A stretch of 64,000 nt of DNA from Minisyncoccota bacterium (GCA_041389025.1 JAWKSP010000002.1:184079-248078); one strand, 5' to 3'. Shown: positions 19,703-29,362, numbered from the stretch's first letter. Notes: generated from the sequence alone by a model not told the origin. Made by a program: numbers and translations.

Positions 19703-21292
19703 TTGCCAGATCTCCTACTCCCCCATACAATTACTCATATGACCGCTGAAGACATAATTAGCCATACCGCAGAACCAAGCGATTCTGACAAAGAATTAAT
19801 CAGACAGGCTTTTGCTTTTGCTGAAAACGCCCACGCTGAACAAAAACGTTACTCCGGTGAACCATACATGAGTCATTTAGCCCAAGTTGGCTTAATTCTT
19901 GCGAACATGGATATGGGCGCTCGCACTATCGCTGCTGGATTACTTCACGACACGATTGAAGACACTAGTGTTACTCCAGACGATATAAGGGAAAAATTTG
20001 GTGAGGAAATACTTTTTTTAGTAGATGGTGTAACTAAGCTTAGTTCCGTTCGTTATTATGGCAGTGATCGGCACAACGAAAGTTTACGTAAACTTTTTGT
20101 AGCGACTAGTCAAGATATCCGTGTCCTTATCATCAAACTAGCTGACCGCCTACACAACATGCAAACCTTACATCACGTGCCAAAAGAAAAACAATTACGT
20201 ATCGCTCGAGAAACTTTAGAGATATATGTGCCGGTAGCTCACCGTCTAGGCATGGGAAAAATCCGTAAAGAACTAGAAGACCTATCTTTTGCCTATGTTT
20301 ATCCGGAACAATACGAACGAGTCAAAAAATTACTAGAGACCAAAACTGGTCGCTCTAACGAATATTTAGAAAAAGAAAGGAAAGTATTACAAAAACGTTT
20401 AGCCGATGTTGGATTGCTGGATTTCAATACTTCTTACCGAGTTAAAGGTTTTTATAGTCTTTATCATAAATTAAAACGAAAGGATTGGGATATAAACTGT
20501 GTTTATGATCTTTTAGCTATGCGTGTAGTCGTGTCTACAGTAGAAGATTGTTATCGAGCCCTAGGAATTATTCATGAACTTTGGCGACCACTTCCTGGAC
20601 GAATGAAAGACTATATTGCCTTTCCAAAACCAAACGGTTATAAATCTATACATACTACCGTCACCTCACAAAACGGTTTAATTATGGAAATTCAAATCCG
20701 TACCCGTAAAATGCATCATGAAGCTGAGTTTGGTATTGCTTCACATATCACCTATAAGGAAAATAGTGTTTCTGGTGAAAAAGCATCCACCTCAGCACGA
20801 TTTATGAGTTTGATACCTAATCTTTTTAGACCTTTTTCTAAAACAGAAGATACTGTTGATCATTACCAAATTAGAAGTATGTCACCTCGTGACAAAATTC
20901 CAGTTTGGATTTCTCAAATTGGCCAGACCTACAAAAAGGAAAAATCTACCACCGCTGACTTTATTGAAGACATTAAGAAGGATTTTTTTTCTAACCGAAT
21001 TTTTGTTTTTACTCCAAATGGAGACGTGGTGGACCTACCAGTCGGTGCCACGCCAATAGACTTCGCTTACGCTATTCACTCAGAAATTGGTGACCACACT
21101 TTTGGTGCCAAGCTAAATAAAAAGTTAGTCCAACTTGATACCGAACTTAAAAACGGTGACATAGTAGAGATAGAAACTAAAAAATCCGCTCACCCGACTA
21201 GTAAATGGCTTGATTTTGCCAAAACCTCATTGGCTCGCCGTAAAATTAAAATCTCTATTGAAGAAGATGAAAAAAACAGTCACCATCGCTAA
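19703..21292 (+). CDS. rel: RelA/SpoT-family (p)ppGpp synthetase/hydrolase (short Rel)
   Basis: HD domain (HAEQKRYSGEPYMSHLAQV, HDTIEDT), synthetase domain, TGS domain (RIFVFTPNGDVVDLPVGATPIDFAYAIHSEIG). Confidence 0.85.
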   Translation: MPDLLLPHTITHMTAEDIISHTAEPSDSDKELIRQAFAFAENAHAEQKRYSGEPYMSHLAQVGLILANMDMGARTIAAGLLHDTIEDTSVTPDDIREKFGEEILFLVDGVTKLSSVRYYGSDRHNESLRKLFVATSQDIRVLIIKLADRLHNMQTLHHVPKEKQLRIARETLEIYVPVAHRLGMGKIRKELEDLSFAYVYPEQYERVKKLLETKTGRSNEYLEKERKVLQKRLADVGLLDFNTSYRVKGFYSLYHKLKRKDWDINCVYDLLAMRVVVSTVEDCYRALGIIHELWRPLPGRMKDYIAFPKPNGYKSIHTTVTSQNGLIMEIQIRTRKMHHEAEFGIASHITYKENSVSGEKASTSARFMSLIPNLFRPFSKTEDTVDHYQIRSMSPRDKIPVWISQIGQTYKKEKSTTADFIEDIKKDFFSNRIFVFTPNGDVVDLPVGATPIDFAYAIHSEIGDHTFGAKLNKKLVQLDTELKNGDIVEIETKKSAHPTSKWLDFAKTSLARRKIKISIEEDEKNSHHR

Positions 21293-21328
21293 GTAGATTA
21301 CTCATATACTTAGAAATTAGTCTTAAAT

Positions 21329-22879
21329 TTAAACGGTGAAATTTCTAATTGAATACAAATCACTTTCGTCCTCAGCTTTATTAATAGTAGTTTTTCCTTG
21401 AGACGTGTTTTGATTTATTGTTTCGTTATCAAGATTTTGACTAGCTTTGTTTGTTAAAACTTCACTGTTATTTTGACTTTGTTCAACAACTTGGTTTGTA
21501 TTTATCGTTTTTAAAGAATCGACTTCGGCTGTATTTTGAGCAACCTTATCTTCATTAACTTGATTTTGATTCTCTGGTTTTACCATAGGATTAAAATCTT
21601 GATTTTGTTTATAATCAGAAAAAACTGATTTATCTTCATCTTGATTCTGTACTGGAGTTGCAGCTTGAACTAAAGTAGTGTCTTGTTCTTGGGCTGGTGC
21701 TGGTAGATATTCCTCTTCTTCTGGTTCTTCAATTTTCTTGTAATCAGGACGAGACTCCAATCTATTGACTAATTCAGGATCTTCTAAGAGACTTTCAGGT
21801 TTAGGATCTTCTGGCTTGTTATCTTGATAATAGTTATAAGGATAATCGGTATTTTGTGTAACATTTTTTTCTTGATCATTATCTTGAGCACCAGATAAAC
21901 TTGGTCGACTAGAATTATTATCAACTGGAGAATTTGTTGTTTTTTCTTGTAGAGAATCATCTTTAATCACTTCTTGCACATTTAGTGGTGTATGTTTATT
22001 TAAAGAATCTGCCACAATGTCAGTAGTTGTAGCACCTAAAGAAGCAACCGCCTCGTCCCTTTTCATGCGTTGCAACATATCTTCCAAATCCTCTGGTGAA
22101 AAATAATCAATAGTCAAACGACCTCCGTAGTCAGTCTTTAATATCTGTACTCTAGTACCCAATGTCTCCATAAATCGCTTTTCCATTTCAATCACATCGT
22201 CATCAAACTCATGCGGATTTTTCTTACGTACCTTGTCGGTAGCAATCTTGCGTACAATTCTCTCCACTTCACGCACCGAGAGTTTCTTAAGTAAAATCTC
22301 ACGAAAAATTACATCTTGTTCTTGTGGTTTGTCATTTAGCATCAAGAGAGTTCTGGCATGCCCTTCAGTCATATCCCCTCTTTTTAAGGCATCCAACATT
22401 TGCTCCGGTAAAGCCAAAAGACGAATTGAGTTTGAAACATACTCACGACTACGGCCAACTTTTTTAGCTACCAAAGTATGCGACAAACCAAAAGTATCTG
22501 ATAGTTGCTTAAAAGCCAACGCTCGATCGACTGCGTTTAAATCTTCGCGTTGCAAGTTTTCGATAATAGCCAATTCCAATTTCTCTTGCTCACTATCCTC
22601 ACCTTCACGGATGATAACCGGTACTTGATGCAAACCAGCCAATTTACTCGCCCGCAAGCGACGTTCACCGGCAATAAGCTCGTACTCGGTATAAAAAGTT
22701 CCATCTTCACGTTGCACTTCCTTTCTAGTGACGGTAAGTGGCTGTAACACACCATACATTCTAATTGACTCGGATAATTCCTTTAATTTTTCCACATCAA
22801 ACTCACGCCGTGGCTGAAACGGATTTGGAACTACCTTCTCTACTTCTACCCAAAAAATTGAATCTCCCTGAAATGCCAT
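21329..22879 (-). CDS. parB: ParB/Spo0J-like partition protein with a long low-complexity C-terminal tail
   Basis: ParB box GERRLRASKLAG, HTH; about 250 aa of Q/N/E-rich disordered C-terminus. Confidence 0.75.
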   Translation of the reverse strand: MAFQGDSIFWVEVEKVVPNPFQPRREFDVEKLKELSESIRMYGVLQPLTVTRKEVQREDGTFYTEYELIAGERRLRASKLAGLHQVPVIIREGEDSEQEKLELAIIENLQREDLNAVDRALAFKQLSDTFGLSHTLVAKKVGRSREYVSNSIRLLALPEQMLDALKRGDMTEGHARTLLMLNDKPQEQDVIFREILLKKLSVREVERIVRKIATDKVRKKNPHEFDDDVIEMEKRFMETLGTRVQILKTDYGGRLTIDYFSPEDLEDMLQRMKRDEAVASLGATTTDIVADSLNKHTPLNVQEVIKDDSLQEKTTNSPVDNNSSRPSLSGAQDNDQEKNVTQNTDYPYNYYQDNKPEDPKPESLLEDPELVNRLESRPDYKKIEEPEEEEYLPAPAQEQDTTLVQAATPVQNQDEDKSVFSDYKQNQDFNPMVKPENQNQVNEDKVAQNTAEVDSLKTINTNQVVEQSQNNSEVLTNKASQNLDNETINQNTSQGKTTINKAEDESDLYSIRNFTV

Positions 22880-23031
22880 ACAATACTAAAAAACCGTAAA
22901 TAATTACCTCCGAACTCACGTTCGCTATTATTTTGTCATTGTACCATATTGAAAAAAATGTCACTGTTTATAACTTTTATTTTTCTAGATATCTGATACA
23001 CTCTTAAAATTATTGTTTATTAAAACAATCT

Positions 23032-23113
23032 GGGCGTGTGGCGGAATTGGTATACGCGCACGACTCAAAATCGTGTTCCGCAAGGATTGAGGGTTCGACT
23101 CCCTCCACGCCCA
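23032..23113 (+). tRNA. tRNA-Leu (anticodon CAA)
   Basis: Acceptor GGGCGTG/CACGCCC, anticodon loop CTCAAAA, long variable arm, T-arm GGTTCGACTCC; terminator hairpin at 23117..23150. Confidence 0.7.
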
Positions 23114-23154
23114 CTAAAAAACTACTTGAAAATTTATTCAAGTAGTTTTTATTT

Positions 23155-23544
23155 TTATCTAACAACGATGGCTAAGGTAATAATAATCATTTCTAGCATC
23201 CAAATCAAAATACTGATTCTAGTACAAGAACTGGCATTATCATGAGAAAGCCTAATATAGACCGATAAATGTATACAAGCCATAATGGCCCATGAAGGAT
23301 TACTAATTGAACTTATATCCTCTGCTGTCCAAGCTGACCAAACATTTGGTAAAAAAATTATTGGCCCAGACAAACAAATTATTGAAAGTATATTTTCTGC
23401 CTGTGGCATTTCAATAACTTTCCTTGTAACACCAACTACAGTTTTAGACAATCTGAGCTCTAAATTAACTATTTTATCAATAACTGAATAAATTACCTTT
23501 ATCCAAAAAGGTAAAAAATACCCAAAAGTGTAGACGTTCATCAC
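23155..23544 (-). CDS. hypothetical membrane protein
   Basis: 129-aa ORF with hydrophobic segments. Confidence 0.3.
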   Translation of the reverse strand: MMNVYTFGYFLPFWIKVIYSVIDKIVNLELRLSKTVVGVTRKVIEMPQAENILSIICLSGPIIFLPNVWSAWTAEDISSISNPSWAIMACIHLSVYIRLSHDNASSCTRISILIWMLEMIIITLAIVVR

Positions 23545-23636
23545 CCTCTCTCTTTAAATAAACAAATCAGCCGACATTATGACATAATTTTTAAATTAAT
23601 CTAGTCTTAATATTATTTTATGGTAAACTCCAATTT

Positions 23637-24545
23637 ATGAGTAAGCCAAAAATTTTAACTGTTGTCGGACCAACCGCTTCGGGAAAGTCTGACCTTGCCG
23701 TAGAATTAGCTCTCCGTTTTAACGGTGAGGTAATTTCTGCTGACTCAAGACAAGTATACAAAGGTCTTGATATTGGTTCTGGCAAGATTACTACTGAAGA
23801 AATGAGAGGTATCCCCCATCACCTCCTTGGTGTCGCAAACCCTATTTCAGACACTTATACAGGAGCAGATTTTCTACGTGATGGAAGAATCACTCTTGAA
23901 GGTATTTTAGGTAGAGAAAAATTACCGATCGTTGCTGGTGGAACTTTCTTTTGGCTGGAGCTTTTGCGTGGACGCAAAGCGGCCGCGCCTGTACCTCCAA
24001 ACCTCACCCTACGTGCAAAACTAGAAGAACTAACTACCGAAGAACTTTTTACTAAACTACAAGAAAAAGATGTAACCCGAGCAAATAATGTAGACAAAAA
24101 CAACCGTCGACGTCTTATTCGCTCACTTGAGATCATTGAAACCCTAGGTAAAATACCAGAAGTCACACAATACACAGAATCGCCCTATGACTGGATTATT
24201 ATCGGTATTGATATAGATAAACAAACTTTAGAGGAAAGAATAAAAAACCGCTTAGAAAAAAGACTTGGGACAGGAATGGTGGAGGAAGTAAAAAACTTGC
24301 TTGAGAAAGGTGTTTCTGCGGATAAATTGATTAGTTTTGGCCTTGAGTACCGGTACATAACCGAATATCTACAAGATAAAATCACCTATGAAGAAATGCG
24401 AGAGCAAATAATCATTAAATCAAGACAGTTCGCTAAACGTCAGTATACTTGGCTAAAAGCCGATCCTGACATAATCTGGAAAAAATTTCCTATTACTGTT
24501 AACGAACTTGAAGTAGAAATAAAGGCATTTTTATATAATAATTAA
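23637..24545 (+). CDS. miaA: tRNA dimethylallyltransferase
   Basis: P-loop GPTASGKS, SADSRQVYKGLDIGS. Confidence 0.85.
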   Translation: MSKPKILTVVGPTASGKSDLAVELALRFNGEVISADSRQVYKGLDIGSGKITTEEMRGIPHHLLGVANPISDTYTGADFLRDGRITLEGILGREKLPIVAGGTFFWLELLRGRKAAAPVPPNLTLRAKLEELTTEELFTKLQEKDVTRANNVDKNNRRRLIRSLEIIETLGKIPEVTQYTESPYDWIIIGIDIDKQTLEERIKNRLEKRLGTGMVEEVKNLLEKGVSADKLISFGLEYRYITEYLQDKITYEEMREQIIIKSRQFAKRQYTWLKADPDIIWKKFPITVNELEVEIKAFLYNN

Positions 24546-24602
24546 AAGTAAAATTACTGTTTTTAGTATAAACTTTTACTCAGTAAATCTTATTGTTATT
24601 TC

Positions 24603-24631
24603 TTGACCAATTACCATCTTTCCCCTAATAT
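24603..24631 (+). promoter_or_regulatory. sigma-70-like promoter (TTGACC-17-TAATAT) upstream of tRNA-Trp
   Basis: Hexamers with 17-nt spacing seen directly in the sequence. Confidence 0.4.
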
Positions 24632-24692
24632 TACTGACACCCGTCGCTTTCGACTTATTTAATGCGACTTATTTAACAAAACATAAATAAAA

Positions 24693-24766
24693 GGGCCTAT
24701 AGTTTAGTGGTAGAATTCTGGTCTCCAAAACCAGCGACCGTGGTTCGAGTCCACGTGGGCCCGCCA
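24693..24766 (+). tRNA. tRNA-Trp (anticodon CCA)
   Basis: Acceptor GGGCCTA/TGGGCCC, anticodon loop CTCCAAA, encoded CCA end. Confidence 0.75.
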
Positions 24767-24771
24767 AGGCA

Positions 24772-24812
24772 CATAAGAAAAGACCGATGCGTTGCATCGG
24801 TCTTTTCTTATG
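24772..24812. terminator. 19-bp perfect palindrome hairpin
   Basis: cataagaaaagaccgatgc-gtt-gcatcggtcttttcttatg. Confidence 0.55.
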
Positions 24813-24840
24813 TATCAAGCAAAGTAAGGTGAGGACTGTG

Positions 24841-25728
24841 CTAATACCCGTATATAGAAAAATGAGATGCAGAAATCCAATTACCCAATACTTTTATATC
24901 ATCACCAGAGGCACCTTGTGATATCAAACTATCTTTCTCCGCTTGGGTTTTAACCTCATAGACTGGCCTTAATCCATTTTTTTTAGCGGCATCTATAACC
25001 CTAACAACTTCTGCCCCAGTCATACCACCCGCCTTACTATAATCAATACAAGTTCCGTTATTGTGACATTCGCTTTTATGCGCACGGGTTGGTGGCATAC
25101 CTTCTGTAACTCTTGCTCCAGACACACCTGCATCTATATGAAACTGGTTTATTTTATCAACGATACTAGGTGATACACTACAACTACTTGCATTCTTACA
25201 CGGAGCAGCAAGAGGAACACAAGTCCCTCCAGTACAACCAGATGGCAACGGTCCTGTTGGTGGTGGAGTGTTAGGATCGGACATGGGATCCCCTAGCCAT
25301 TTAGTTGGCGCAGTCTGCACCTGACACTGTACATCTGTCCACGGTCCATAACCTTGAATTTCCCCACTACCACCCTTTAATAAACCTCGCATAATAGTAT
25401 CTACCAAAAGCCAAGCCGCCATCACAATAACCAGTCCGATAATAGCATTGGTAAACTTACTCTTAGCATCCTCTAAAGCTGAAGTGTTACCACCAGAAGT
25501 TATCAATTTAAAGCCAGCAACCGTCATCATAACCGCAAAAATCATAAAAATAATTCCAAACAACCATTTTATGACAATATTGGCTGTATCTACTAAATTA
25601 CACGCACTACAATCGACTCCATCACAAGTGAGGAAGCCTTGAGCATTTACAGACTCAGCCGGCACTATAAGCACTAAAAGAAATACTAATAATGGTGGAG
25701 AGATAAGTGTTAAAGTTTTTTTAATCAT
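24841..25728 (-). CDS. pilin-like two-TM module (TrbC/VirB2 or T4SS-pilin style) fused to a Cys-rich C-terminal domain with an M15-like HxxGxCxD segment
   Basis: Signal peptide, Cys cluster CDGVDCSAC, TM1, loop GGNTSALEDAKSKF, TM2 NAIIGLVIVMAAWLLV; C-terminal HNNGTCID. Confidence 0.4.
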   Translation of the reverse strand: MIKKTLTLISPPLLVFLLVLIVPAESVNAQGFLTCDGVDCSACNLVDTANIVIKWLFGIIFMIFAVMMTVAGFKLITSGGNTSALEDAKSKFTNAIIGLVIVMAAWLLVDTIMRGLLKGGSGEIQGYGPWTDVQCQVQTAPTKWLGDPMSDPNTPPPTGPLPSGCTGGTCVPLAAPCKNASSCSVSPSIVDKINQFHIDAGVSGARVTEGMPPTRAHKSECHNNGTCIDYSKAGGMTGAEVVRVIDAAKKNGLRPVYEVKTQAEKDSLISQGASGDDIKVLGNWISASHFSIYGY

Positions 25729-25749
25729 AAAATTATTACTTAAATTATA

Positions 25750-26766
25750 CTACAAAGCATCCGCCACACTAGTAATGTTTTTTACATAATTTCTAGTCTC
25801 TACATAACCAGTATTTGGCACACAACTAGAATTTTCAGTCTCATAACATCCTGGACTATCCCAAGCACATTCCCACCGCATCAGTCCCGGACAATCATTG
25901 CTAGGTAAAATTGCAGCTGGTCCACCATTATATTCAGCCAAAGCTCGACTGGTAGCGTTATCATAAGCTCGATGTTTTTCATACAATTGATCATAATACT
26001 TAGCACCTAAAGCTAAGCTATAATTATTATCATCTCGTAATTTTGTCGCTACTTCCTCATCGCTTAAACCTTTTAAACTAGGGTCCAGTCCTCGAGCAGT
26101 ACTAACCAACATCTGACTACAACCATAGGCTGTACCATATGGTGTATCTGGCCCTACTTTATTGGTACAGTTACCAGATTCTTGCATAATTAGTGACTTA
26201 AATATTTTTTGTTGGTACGGATCGTTTATACCATTTGCGACAGCTGTGTTTTGTATATCCGTTTGAATACTACCGGAAGAATTTATTGCATTTACTGCTG
26301 AATTAATTTCATTGGTATTAAATATATGATTATTACTACCAGTAGCTGTGGTCCTAGCAAATTGCTGAGCTGTTGGCTGAGCCACACACTGAATATCATC
26401 CCAGAAGTCATAAGTAGGACTGTTTACCATTACTTTCAAACCAAAATCCACCACAAACCAAACGGCTAAAAAAATAATGTAGCCAACAATTGCATTAATA
26501 AGATATTTTTTGATTTGCGTTCTGGCTCCAGCCTGACCAACCGAAGAAGCTAGCCATAAACCAAGCACCATTATCATGATAATTATAAGAACCCCCAAGA
26601 TAATACCTAGCCAATCAAAAATGTTTTGTATTAATTTAACAACGTGACAAGTTTGACAAGGATCTGCTCCATCTCCTCCACACGGCACCAATCCGGCAGC
26701 GCTCACCAAAATAGGAGAAACCATCAAGGTAAATAAAGTATAAACTTTCCACATATCCAAAATCAT
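25750..26766 (-). CDS. pilin-like two-TM module fused to a lytic transglycosylase (SLT) domain (VirB1-like activity)
   Basis: N-terminus parallels 24841..25728 (VPCGGDGADPCQTC, two TMs, INAIVGYIIFLAVWFV); C-terminal MQESGN...GCSQML...AEYNGG SLT motifs. Confidence 0.5.
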   Translation of the reverse strand: MILDMWKVYTLFTLMVSPILVSAAGLVPCGGDGADPCQTCHVVKLIQNIFDWLGIILGVLIIIMIMVLGLWLASSVGQAGARTQIKKYLINAIVGYIIFLAVWFVVDFGLKVMVNSPTYDFWDDIQCVAQPTAQQFARTTATGSNNHIFNTNEINSAVNAINSSGSIQTDIQNTAVANGINDPYQQKIFKSLIMQESGNCTNKVGPDTPYGTAYGCSQMLVSTARGLDPSLKGLSDEEVATKLRDDNNYSLALGAKYYDQLYEKHRAYDNATSRALAEYNGGPAAILPSNDCPGLMRWECAWDSPGCYETENSSCVPNTGYVETRNYVKNITSVADAL

Positions 26767-26890
26767 ACCATGTTGATACTTTGAAAAATCGACAAGGTGT
26801 GGTAATTTGTACGCTACATGAGCGAAAATCGCTGTATGTATAAATTTAAACGCTTAAAATAATCTAAACGTTCCAACAAAATGAAACATT

Positions 26891-26974
26891 GCGTCGGTGG
26901 CAGAGTGGTCAATTGCATCAGACTGTAAATCTGACGGGCTTCGCCCTACGGGGGTTCAAATCCCTCCCGGCGCA
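26891..26974 (+). tRNA. tRNA-Tyr (anticodon GTA)
   Basis: Acceptor GCGTCGG/CCGGCGC, anticodon loop CTGTAAA, long variable arm, T-arm GGGGGTTCAAATCCCTC; terminator hairpin at 26977..27012. Confidence 0.75.
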
Positions 26975-27112
26975 CAAAATATAAAACACCCTAAAAGGGT
27001 GTTTTATATTTTGTAGCAGTAATAAATATGTGCTTACCAAAATTTATTTATTGTTATTTGCTATACTAAGAGCAAATAAGTGATTTCATTTGATCTATGA
27101 TGTTATAAACAT

Positions 27113-27141
27113 TTGACAATATTATAGGTACCTCATATAAT
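27113..27141 (+). promoter_or_regulatory. consensus sigma-70 promoter TTGACA-17-TATAAT
   Basis: Perfect -35 and -10 hexamers with 17-nt spacing, about 48 nt upstream of the CDS at 27189; RBS AAGGAGAAG. Confidence 0.6.
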
Positions 27142-27188
27142 ATCGGCTGATTTTTTTGTTATTTATTTTACTCAAGGAGAAGTGAAAA

Positions 27189-27638
27189 ATGTCAGTTACA
27201 CAACCAATGTTTGTAATTTCTACAAAAAATTTGTTTAACAAATTTTTTAAAATTCTAACGAAGTTAATTGAAATAAAACCAGAAGTAAACCTAAACGAAC
27301 TAAGCGAGGCGCAAATTATTACTCATTTAGCCAGCAACCACAGACGAGCACGTATTATAGTCAGTGAATTAATCAAGAAAAACAATTCGATCAATACAGA
27401 CTATACAGACTGTTTTAGTAGCGGCGTAAAGTACGCCAATGTACTAAACACGCTTGGTATACGTAGTAAAGATATAGTATTACTGTACTATATCTACAAA
27501 AAAGATATCTTGAGCTTGAGACAAGCTTTGGTGGCTAACCATTTAGAAAATGAACAATGTTGCCATCATGATAAAATGAATGTAAAAGTACCCTTGTCTA
27601 TGGCTTTAGAAAAACTAAAAAAAAGACAGAGGAAATGA
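27189..27638 (+). CDS. hypothetical small cytoplasmic protein
   Basis: Own consensus promoter, strong RBS and terminator hairpin (27650..27680). Confidence 0.45.
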   Translation: MSVTQPMFVISTKNLFNKFFKILTKLIEIKPEVNLNELSEAQIITHLASNHRRARIIVSELIKKNNSINTDYTDCFSSGVKYANVLNTLGIRSKDIVLLYYIYKKDILSLRQALVANHLENEQCCHHDKMNVKVPLSMALEKLKKRQRK

Positions 27639-27743
27639 GACACCTAAACAACCCACCAATGGTGGGTTTAATTTTTTCTTATTTACAAACTAGCTTTTTA
27701 ATAGTACTTTAAAAATTAGACTTATTGTACGGAGGACATATAA

Positions 27744-28256
27744 ATGAACTTTTTTCCGCTTGTAGGCATAGCCCTTATGGCTACACTTTGTTTTTCTTTT
27801 GGATTTTATTTGGTCGGATTAATTTTTCTTTTGTTATTAATATTTTACATAGCTGTATTTCTCTACTTAGGTAATATATTGGTTTTGTTTATAAATATGC
27901 CGACTTCTTGGCAAAATATGTCCGAGACTATGGAAATAGCTAGAAAAAGTGGCTACAAAGTAGATGTAACCCAAATATATTCGGTATCTAGAATCTATTT
28001 AGCTATAAATATACTAGTAAACTGGCTTTTTGAAATTTCTGTTAACAAAAAAGTAGTAGCTGATTTTGAAAAAACATTTGTGAAAAAAGTAGTCGAAACT
28101 GAAGAAGTTCAAGACAAAGCTATTCATTATTTTACTGAAGTGAATAAAAAAAGACCTGATATTTTACTATACATAGTCAATGCTATAAAAGTCAGAAAAC
28201 GCTTTGGGTTGATGTCTAAAAATAAAGAAAGAGAAAGAAAAGAAGTTTTGAATTAA
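27744..28256 (+). CDS. hypothetical membrane protein
   Basis: RBS GGAGGA; two N-terminal TMs; bidirectional terminator hairpin at 28285..28313. Confidence 0.4.
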   Translation: MNFFPLVGIALMATLCFSFGFYLVGLIFLLLLIFYIAVFLYLGNILVLFINMPTSWQNMSETMEIARKSGYKVDVTQIYSVSRIYLAINILVNWLFEISVNKKVVADFEKTFVKKVVETEEVQDKAIHYFTEVNKKRPDILLYIVNAIKVRKRFGLMSKNKERERKEVLN

Positions 28257-28336
28257 AATAGCTTATTTTTTAAGCTAAAAAATAATCACCGAAACAAAAA
28301 ACGTTTCGGTGATTTTGTTAATTCATTTTACTTAAG

Positions 28337-29362
28337 TTAGTCAAAACTGTCGTCACTATTAAAATAGTCATCACCAAAAGACTCATTATCCGACACATTC
28401 TCACTCCTTCCATACTGATCGTCATCATATCCTATACGATCACTCTCTTCATGACCATCTTCATTGGTAGACTGATCATCAACTAAAGAGCCAGAAGCTG
28501 GATCAAAATCTTCCGGTAATTGAGCGTGCTGTTCAGCTAAATCTGGTGTTAAATCAAACACACTATTAACTGGTTCCACAAAACCAGCAACATCCTCACT
28601 AACAGCATTTTGCCAAGTATCGTCACCAACACCAGTCACCGCCATAGATGCATTTCTATCAACCTCATCAAACTCCAGCTGATCTACACTAGTGGCGTCA
28701 GCGTCGTTTGAACTAAGCAAAAGATAACCAAGACCGAGCAAAGCAATAGTACCAAGAGCGTAAGCTAATGGATTATTGGAACTATCCTTTCCAAACTTAC
28801 TCCATGGTTGCGCAGAATTAGCTTGGTTCGGTATTTCTTTTTCACCTTGTTTATAATTTAAAGCATGTTGATTTGGAATACCAATATCTTCCGCCTGTTT
28901 CCAAGAGTCAATATTTGCACCAAGATAAATAACTATCCAACCATCTTTACGTTTTTGCTCAATCAGCTTTTTAACATCAGCTAACTGGTACTTTTTTGAA
29001 CTATTTTCCAAACCATCAGTCTGAATAACTAACATATTCTTATTAGTACCACCACTTTCTACTATTTTAATAATATCAACAATGGCATCAAAAAGTGGCG
29101 TTAAAGCTCGTGGTTTATATTCTTGAACCTCTACCGGTCTGATGTCACCCATCAGTCCTTCTCGTAAGTTATCAAAACCCATAGAATCAAACTGTCTTAA
29201 GATAAAATTAGCCTTTCCACCTTTCGAATCAGCTTGCATCTTTTTTAAGAATAGGTTTATCGCTTCCACTACCTGTTTTTCGGTACCATACATTGAACCG
29301 GTACGATCCAACAAGTGGGCAACAGTAATATCACTACTAAAAACTAAGGGATGTATGGTCAT
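28337..29362 (-). CDS. von Willebrand factor A domain protein with a C-terminal TM and an acidic tail
   Basis: MIDAS-like LLDRTGSM near the N-terminus; vWA fold spacing; TM ALGTIALLGLGYLLL; D/E-rich C-terminus. Confidence 0.5.
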   Translation of the reverse strand: MTIHPLVFSSDITVAHLLDRTGSMYGTEKQVVEAINLFLKKMQADSKGGKANFILRQFDSMGFDNLREGLMGDIRPVEVQEYKPRALTPLFDAIVDIIKIVESGGTNKNMLVIQTDGLENSSKKYQLADVKKLIEQKRKDGWIVIYLGANIDSWKQAEDIGIPNQHALNYKQGEKEIPNQANSAQPWSKFGKDSSNNPLAYALGTIALLGLGYLLLSSNDADATSVDQLEFDEVDRNASMAVTGVGDDTWQNAVSEDVAGFVEPVNSVFDLTPDLAEQHAQLPEDFDPASGSLVDDQSTNEDGHEESDRIGYDDDQYGRSENVSDNESFGDDYFNSDDSFD

